Source: Candidatus Hydrogenedentota bacterium
GTDB taxonomy: Bacteria > Hydrogenedentota > Hydrogenedentia > Hydrogenedentales > SLHB01
Length of the DNA stretch: 10,106 bases
Assembly: GCA_034408725.1 (NCBI GenBank)
Contig: JAWXCN010000186.1
Location: 1 to 10,106 of the forward strand
Reading direction: 5' to 3'
Shown: positions 6,309-10,106 of the stretch, piece by piece
Layout: every line of letters begins with the position of its first letter
Numbering within the stretch: position 1 is the stretch's first letter
Notes under the pieces: model-generated
The model's database searches: none
Told to the model about the DNA's origin: nothing
What the model saw: only the letters and a program-made list of their open reading frames with translations
Translations under genes and position numbers: made by a program

Positions 6309-7031
6309 TTACGCATACTTCGTGCGTAGCGGCAGCGTAACGCTGAAACCTTTTTCGGGATAATACAATAGCGTGCCGCCGTGATCTTCGACGGTCGCGC
6401 GCGCGACTGTTAGTCCGAGTCCAAGATGATCGCCGGTCTTTGTCGTGTAAAACGCATCAAACATTCGCGCTTGATCGGCGACGGTGATGGGCGGCGCGGA
6501 ATCCTTCAACGAAACGAGCAGGTTCTCGCCATCGCGGCGCGCGGACACAGCCAGTTTTTTTTGCTCGAGCCCATCCAGCGCCTCGATAGCATTCGACACC
6601 AGATACATCAGCGCAAGCTGCATTCGCGGAAGGTTGATCGACAGCGTCGGCAATCCGGCTTCGTAATTTGTTTCCAACGCGACGTTGTTGACGCGCAGAT
6701 CGTATCGCCGCACATCCAGCACACGCTCGATCAAATGCGCCGGCTCCATCAGCCGGACGTCCGGCTTCTCCTTGCGCGCGACGTCGGTTAGGCTGCCGAC
6801 CAGCGTGCTCGCCTTGCGCACCGCGTTGTTCACTTCGCCCAGCATCCGCGCGGAATCGGGACTGATGCCCGCGTCCATCGCGGCGAGCTCTGCGTACGCC
6901 ATGATCGCGCCGAGGTAGTTGTTAAGGTCGTGGGTCACGCTGCTGACGCTGCGGCCCACTTGTGCGTGGCGAAACACGCGGAGCAACCGCTCACGCGCGT
7001 CATCCGAATTCAGATCAATCGGACTCCCCAT
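6309..7031 (-). CDS. Cytoplasmic histidine-kinase-like protein (HisKA/DHp + HATPase_c only; no sensor domain; degenerate ATP-binding boxes)
   Basis: H-box VTHDLNNYLGAIMAYAEL (His34, codon 6930-6932), N-box QLALMYLVSNAIEAL, F-box MFDAFYTTK, G2-like HLGLGL and HGGTL, i.e. NtrB-like architecture. GGAGGTG RBS; the gene starts 16 nt after the icd stop. Confidence 0.9.
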   Translation of the reverse strand: MGSPIDLNSDDARERLLRVFRHAQVGRSVSSVTHDLNNYLGAIMAYAELAAMDAGISPDSARMLGEVNNAVRKASTLVGSLTDVARKEKPDVRLMEPAHLIERVLDVRRYDLRVNNVALETNYEAGLPTLSINLPRMQLALMYLVSNAIEALDGLEQKKLAVSARRDGENLLVSLKDSAPPITVADQARMFDAFYTTKTGDHLGLGLTVARATVEDHGGTLLYYPEKGFSVTLPLRTKYA

Positions 7032-7047
7032 CGCACCTCCGCATTTT

Positions 7048-8292
7048 TTACGCGCCCAGGTTTTCGATCAAGGCCTGCCCAAACTCGCTGCACTTCAATT
7101 CCGTCGCGCCCGTCATTAACCGCGCGAAATCATACGTCACCTTCTTCTGACCGATCGTCTTCACCATCGCATTCGTGATCGCGGCGGACACTTCCGTCCA
7201 ACCCATGTGTTCGAACATCATCACACCGGAGAGGATAACGCTGCTCGGATTTACCTTGTCGAGGTTCGCATATTTCGGCGCGGTGCCGTGCGTCGCTTCA
7301 AAAATCGCCACGCCGGTTTCGTAATTGATGTTCGCGCCGGGCGCAATGCCGATTCCGCCAACCTGTGCGGCCAACGCGTCGCTCATGTAATCGCCGTTGA
7401 GGTTCATCGTCGCGACCACGTCGAACTCCGTTGGCCGCGTCAGCACCTGTTGAAGGAAGATGTCGGCTATCGCGTCTTTCACGAGTATCTTGTCGCCCGG
7501 TTTGCCGCCGCAATCGTCCCAGCCCACGGCGACATCAGCGAATTCATCGCGCACGAGCTCATAGCCCCACTTGCGGAACGCGCCTTCGGTGTACTTCATA
7601 ATATTGCCCTTGTGGACGAGCGTCACGCTTTTCCGCTTGTTCTCTACGGCAAAGTTCAGCGCCGCGCGCACAAGCCGCTTCGAGCCGATTTCGCTCGCGG
7701 GTTTCACGCCCAGACCAGAATTCGGGCGAATGTCCCAATCAAATTCTTTTTTCAAAAACGCGATCAGCTTGTTCGCTTTTTCGCTGCCCGCTTCGAGTTC
7801 GAACCCCGCATATACGTCTTCCGTGTTCTCGCGAAAGATGTCCATGTGAACGTGCTGCGGTTGCTTCACCGGACTCGGAACGCCATCGAAATAGCGAATC
7901 GGCCGGACGCACGCGAACAGGTCCAGCTTCTGCCGCAGCGTTACGTTCAGGCTGCGAAAACCGCCGCCGACGGGCGTGGTGAGCGGGCCTTTGATGGCAA
8001 CGTTGTAGTGCTCGATTGCCTCCAGTGTTTCATCCGGCAAATAGGAGCTGCAGACCTTCTGCGCTTTTTCCCCCGCGTAAATTTCCATCCACGCTATCTC
8101 GCGCTTCCCGCCATAGCAAAACTTCACCGCCGCGTCAAACACCGCCTTGGACGCCCGCCAAATGTCCGGCCCGGTGCCATCGCCTTCGATAAACGCTACA
8201 ATCGGCTTGTCCGGCGTTTCGAGTTTGCCATTCGCGCCAACCTCGATCCGTTCACCGTTCGGGACCTGAATAAACTTAAACTGCTGTGACAT
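7048..8292 (-). CDS. icd: Isocitrate dehydrogenase, NADP-dependent, homodimeric (E. coli/Bacillus type)
   Basis: [98 protein letters not shown] and VTYDFAR. The KY and Y..R residues correspond to the NADP-specificity residues of E. coli Icd. The start is chosen at ATG 8292 for spacing from GAGG (8302-8299); 8295 is an alternative. Confidence 0.98.
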   Translation of the reverse strand: MSQQFKFIQVPNGERIEVGANGKLETPDKPIVAFIEGDGTGPDIWRASKAVFDAAVKFCYGGKREIAWMEIYAGEKAQKVCSSYLPDETLEAIEHYNVAIKGPLTTPVGGGFRSLNVTLRQKLDLFACVRPIRYFDGVPSPVKQPQHVHMDIFRENTEDVYAGFELEAGSEKANKLIAFLKKEFDWDIRPNSGLGVKPASEIGSKRLVRAALNFAVENKRKSVTLVHKGNIMKYTEGAFRKWGYELVRDEFADVAVGWDDCGGKPGDKILVKDAIADIFLQQVLTRPTEFDVVATMNLNGDYMSDALAAQVGGIGIAPGANINYETGVAIFEATHGTAPKYANLDKVNPSSVILSGVMMFEHMGWTEVSAAITNAMVKTIGQKKVTYDFARLMTGATELKCSEFGQALIENLGA

Positions 8293-8343
8293 CATGTACC
8301 TCAATGCGGCCCACCGCCGCGAAATCCACGTTATGCGGGTTGC

Positions 8344-9921
8344 CTATACTTCCACGAGCCGCGCTTCGACAACATGCGGCGTTTGCTGTAACTTCGCGAT
8401 CACCGACCGGTCAATCGTCCCATCCACGTTAATCACCGTCATTGCGTGTTTGCCCGCGGCCTTGCGACCAAGCGACAGGTTCGCGATGTTCACGCCGGCC
8501 TCGCCAATAGTCAACGCGATCCGTCCCAAAGCGCCCGGCTTGTCTTCGTTGATGCACACGATCATGCCAGACACCAGTTCGACATCCAGCCTGGTGCCGT
8601 CGATCCCGCAAATGCGCGGTTCCTGATTGTTGAACAACGTCCCCGCGACTTCGTGCGTTTCCTGGTCCGTCACGGCTTTCACGCGCACCTGAAACGCATA
8701 GTTCGGGTGCGCCGCGCTCCGCGTCTCACTGAATTCGATGCCGTACTCGCGCAACAAATGCGGCGCGCTCACCGCGTTTACCGTCTCCACCAGCGGCGCG
8801 AGAAACCCCGTCAGTATCGCCGCGGTAATCGGATACGTATCCGTCACCATCAGTTCGCCATCGTACGTGATCTGTAGCGACGTTGGCCGCCCTTCCATAT
8901 ACTGCGAAATAAACTTGCCCAACCGTTCGCCCAATACCAGCATCGGCTTCAACTGCTTCGCGGTTTCCGCGTCCATGCTCGGCACGTTCACGGCATTCAC
9001 AATCGCGCCCGTCGTCAGGTAATCGGCGATCTGGTGAGCAATGTCTACGGACACCGTGAGCTGGGCTTCATCCGTCGAGGCGGCGAGGTGCGGCGTGGTC
9101 ACGATATTGTCGAGCCCAAGGAAAGGATTGTTCTCGATAGGCTCCGAGGTGTACACATCCAGCGCCGCGCCCGCGATTGTCTTCGCGCGCAACGCATCCG
9201 CCAGGTCCTGTTCGTTCACGATACCGCCGCGCGCGCAATTGACAATCCGGCAGTTCGGCTTCATTCGCGCAAGCTGCTCCGCGCGGATCAGGTTGTCCGT
9301 CTTTTCCGATTTCGGCGCGTGGATAGTAATAAAGTCAGATCGTTCAATCAGCTCATCGAGCGTTACCAGCTCGACCCCAAGCGCTTCCGCTTTCAGCTTC
9401 GTCAGGATCGGGTCAAACACGAGCACCTTCATCTCAAACGATTGCGCCCGCTTCGCGACCGCCCCGCCAATCCGGCCCGCGCCGAGAATGCCAATGGTCT
9501 TCCCGAAAAGCTCCGTGCCGCTGAACTTCTTCCGGTCCCACCGCCCCTCCATCATCGACTGATGCGCCGCGGGCACGTTCCGGCACAGTGCAAAAAGGAG
9601 CGCGAACGTATGCTCGCATGTCGAGATCGTGTTTCCCCCCGGCACGTTCATCACGACAATCCCGCGCTTGGTCGCCGCGTCCTTGTCTACGTTGTCCGTG
9701 CCCGCCCCCGCGCGTCCGATGACTTTCAGCTTCGTGGCCTTATCGATGGCCTCCGCGGTCACCTTCGTTCCGCTGCGCACGATAAGCCCGTCGTAATCGC
9801 CAATAATCGCGGCAAGTTCCGCGGGCTTCTGCGCGGGCTTCACATCGACGTCAAACCCCGCGCCGCGAAGAATCGTAATTCCTTCGTCGCTCACCCCGTC
9901 CAGCGCGAGAATGCGTGGCAT
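8344..9921 (-). CDS. serA: D-3-phosphoglycerate dehydrogenase, long type I form (catalytic + ASB + ACT domains)
   Basis: LIVRSGTKVT, IGRAGAGTDNVD, VMNVPGGNTISTCEH, Rossmann GILGAGRIG, VNCARGGIVNE, GAALDVY..EP, TPHLAAST.EAQ, and a C-terminal ACT domain (NEDKPGALGRI...GVNIANLSLGR). 525 aa; GGGAGGGG RBS at 9931-9938. Confidence 0.97.
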   Translation of the reverse strand: MPRILALDGVSDEGITILRGAGFDVDVKPAQKPAELAAIIGDYDGLIVRSGTKVTAEAIDKATKLKVIGRAGAGTDNVDKDAATKRGIVVMNVPGGNTISTCEHTFALLFALCRNVPAAHQSMMEGRWDRKKFSGTELFGKTIGILGAGRIGGAVAKRAQSFEMKVLVFDPILTKLKAEALGVELVTLDELIERSDFITIHAPKSEKTDNLIRAEQLARMKPNCRIVNCARGGIVNEQDLADALRAKTIAGAALDVYTSEPIENNPFLGLDNIVTTPHLAASTDEAQLTVSVDIAHQIADYLTTGAIVNAVNVPSMDAETAKQLKPMLVLGERLGKFISQYMEGRPTSLQITYDGELMVTDTYPITAAILTGFLAPLVETVNAVSAPHLLREYGIEFSETRSAAHPNYAFQVRVKAVTDQETHEVAGTLFNNQEPRICGIDGTRLDVELVSGMIVCINEDKPGALGRIALTIGEAGVNIANLSLGRKAAGKHAMTVINVDGTIDRSVIAKLQQTPHVVEARLVEV

Positions 9922-9992
9922 GTGCGTAATCCCCTCCCAGGGTCAAAAAAGTTGGAACCGCGCGCGCGGCCAGGTGGGCTTTCAAACTCGCC

Positions 9993-10029
9993 AAAAAAAC
10001 AGAAAACCGCGCCATGCGGGAGCGCAGTC
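9993..10029 (-). terminator. Intrinsic-terminator-like hairpin in the serA upstream region (possible attenuator)
   Basis: Minus strand GACTGCGCT-CCCGCAT-GGCGCGGTT (9 bp including 3 G-U) followed by TTCTGTTTTTTT, about 70 nt upstream of the serA start and in the serA sense direction. Confidence 0.45.
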
Positions 10030-10106
10030 GTCCTCGACCGCTGCCCGTTCCAGTGTTACCAAATGAAAGGAGAAGGCTAGCAAATTTGGGCTGGAAACTT
10101 CAAATA

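Noticed and set aside
6309-7031. Calling the kinase-like gene a pseudogene
   Set aside because: The ORF is intact, with a strong, well-spaced RBS and complete DHp and CA domains; no frameshift or upstream sensor remnant is visible.
7207-8289. 360-aa plus-strand ORF opposite icd
   Set aside because: Antisense open frame expected from GC-rich codon bias in a conserved gene; no independent coding evidence.
9966-10040. Canonical ZMP/ZTP (pfl) riboswitch upstream of serA
   Set aside because: Only a loose resemblance. The GACUGGCG / CGCCUGGGC pseudoknot complementarity and the P2 element are not present as expected. Kept only as an unassigned leader structure.
9034-10080. 348-aa plus-strand ORF opposite serA
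   Set aside because: Shadow ORF with Arg-rich, motif-free sequence, almost entirely overlapping serA.
1-10106. CRISPR array, tRNA/rRNA, transposase, integrase, prophage or defence genes
   Set aside because: No regularly spaced repeats, RNA-gene signatures or such protein motifs were seen; nearly all sequence is accounted for by the eight CDSs and short intergenic regions.

Overview
GC-rich bacterial chromosomal segment with no sign of mobile elements, CRISPR arrays, tRNA or rRNA. It holds eight protein-coding genes. Left, on the minus strand, is a probable envelope operon: Ste24/M48 zinc protease, a small planctomycete-type cytochrome c lipoprotein (ATGA overlap with the protease), and a secreted alpha/beta-hydrolase that runs off the window edge and is absent from the supplied ORF track. 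Divergent from it is an FkpA/Mip-type PPIase with a tandemly duplicated N-terminal dimerisation domain, followed by a clear intrinsic terminator. Next is a ~742-aa exported protein with a beta-propeller and an uncharacterised, probably catalytic, helical domain. Right, on the minus strand, is a probable serA - icd - histidine-kinase-like operon. That kinase has no sensor domain and degenerate ATP-binding boxes, and the serA leader has overlapping terminator/antiterminator-like hairpins. The gene content suggests a Planctomycetota/Hydrogenedentota-like environmental lineage (inference only). The best leads are the sensor-less pseudo-kinase behind icd, the single-chain 'pseudo-dimer' FkpA, the propeller-enzyme fusion and the serA leader.
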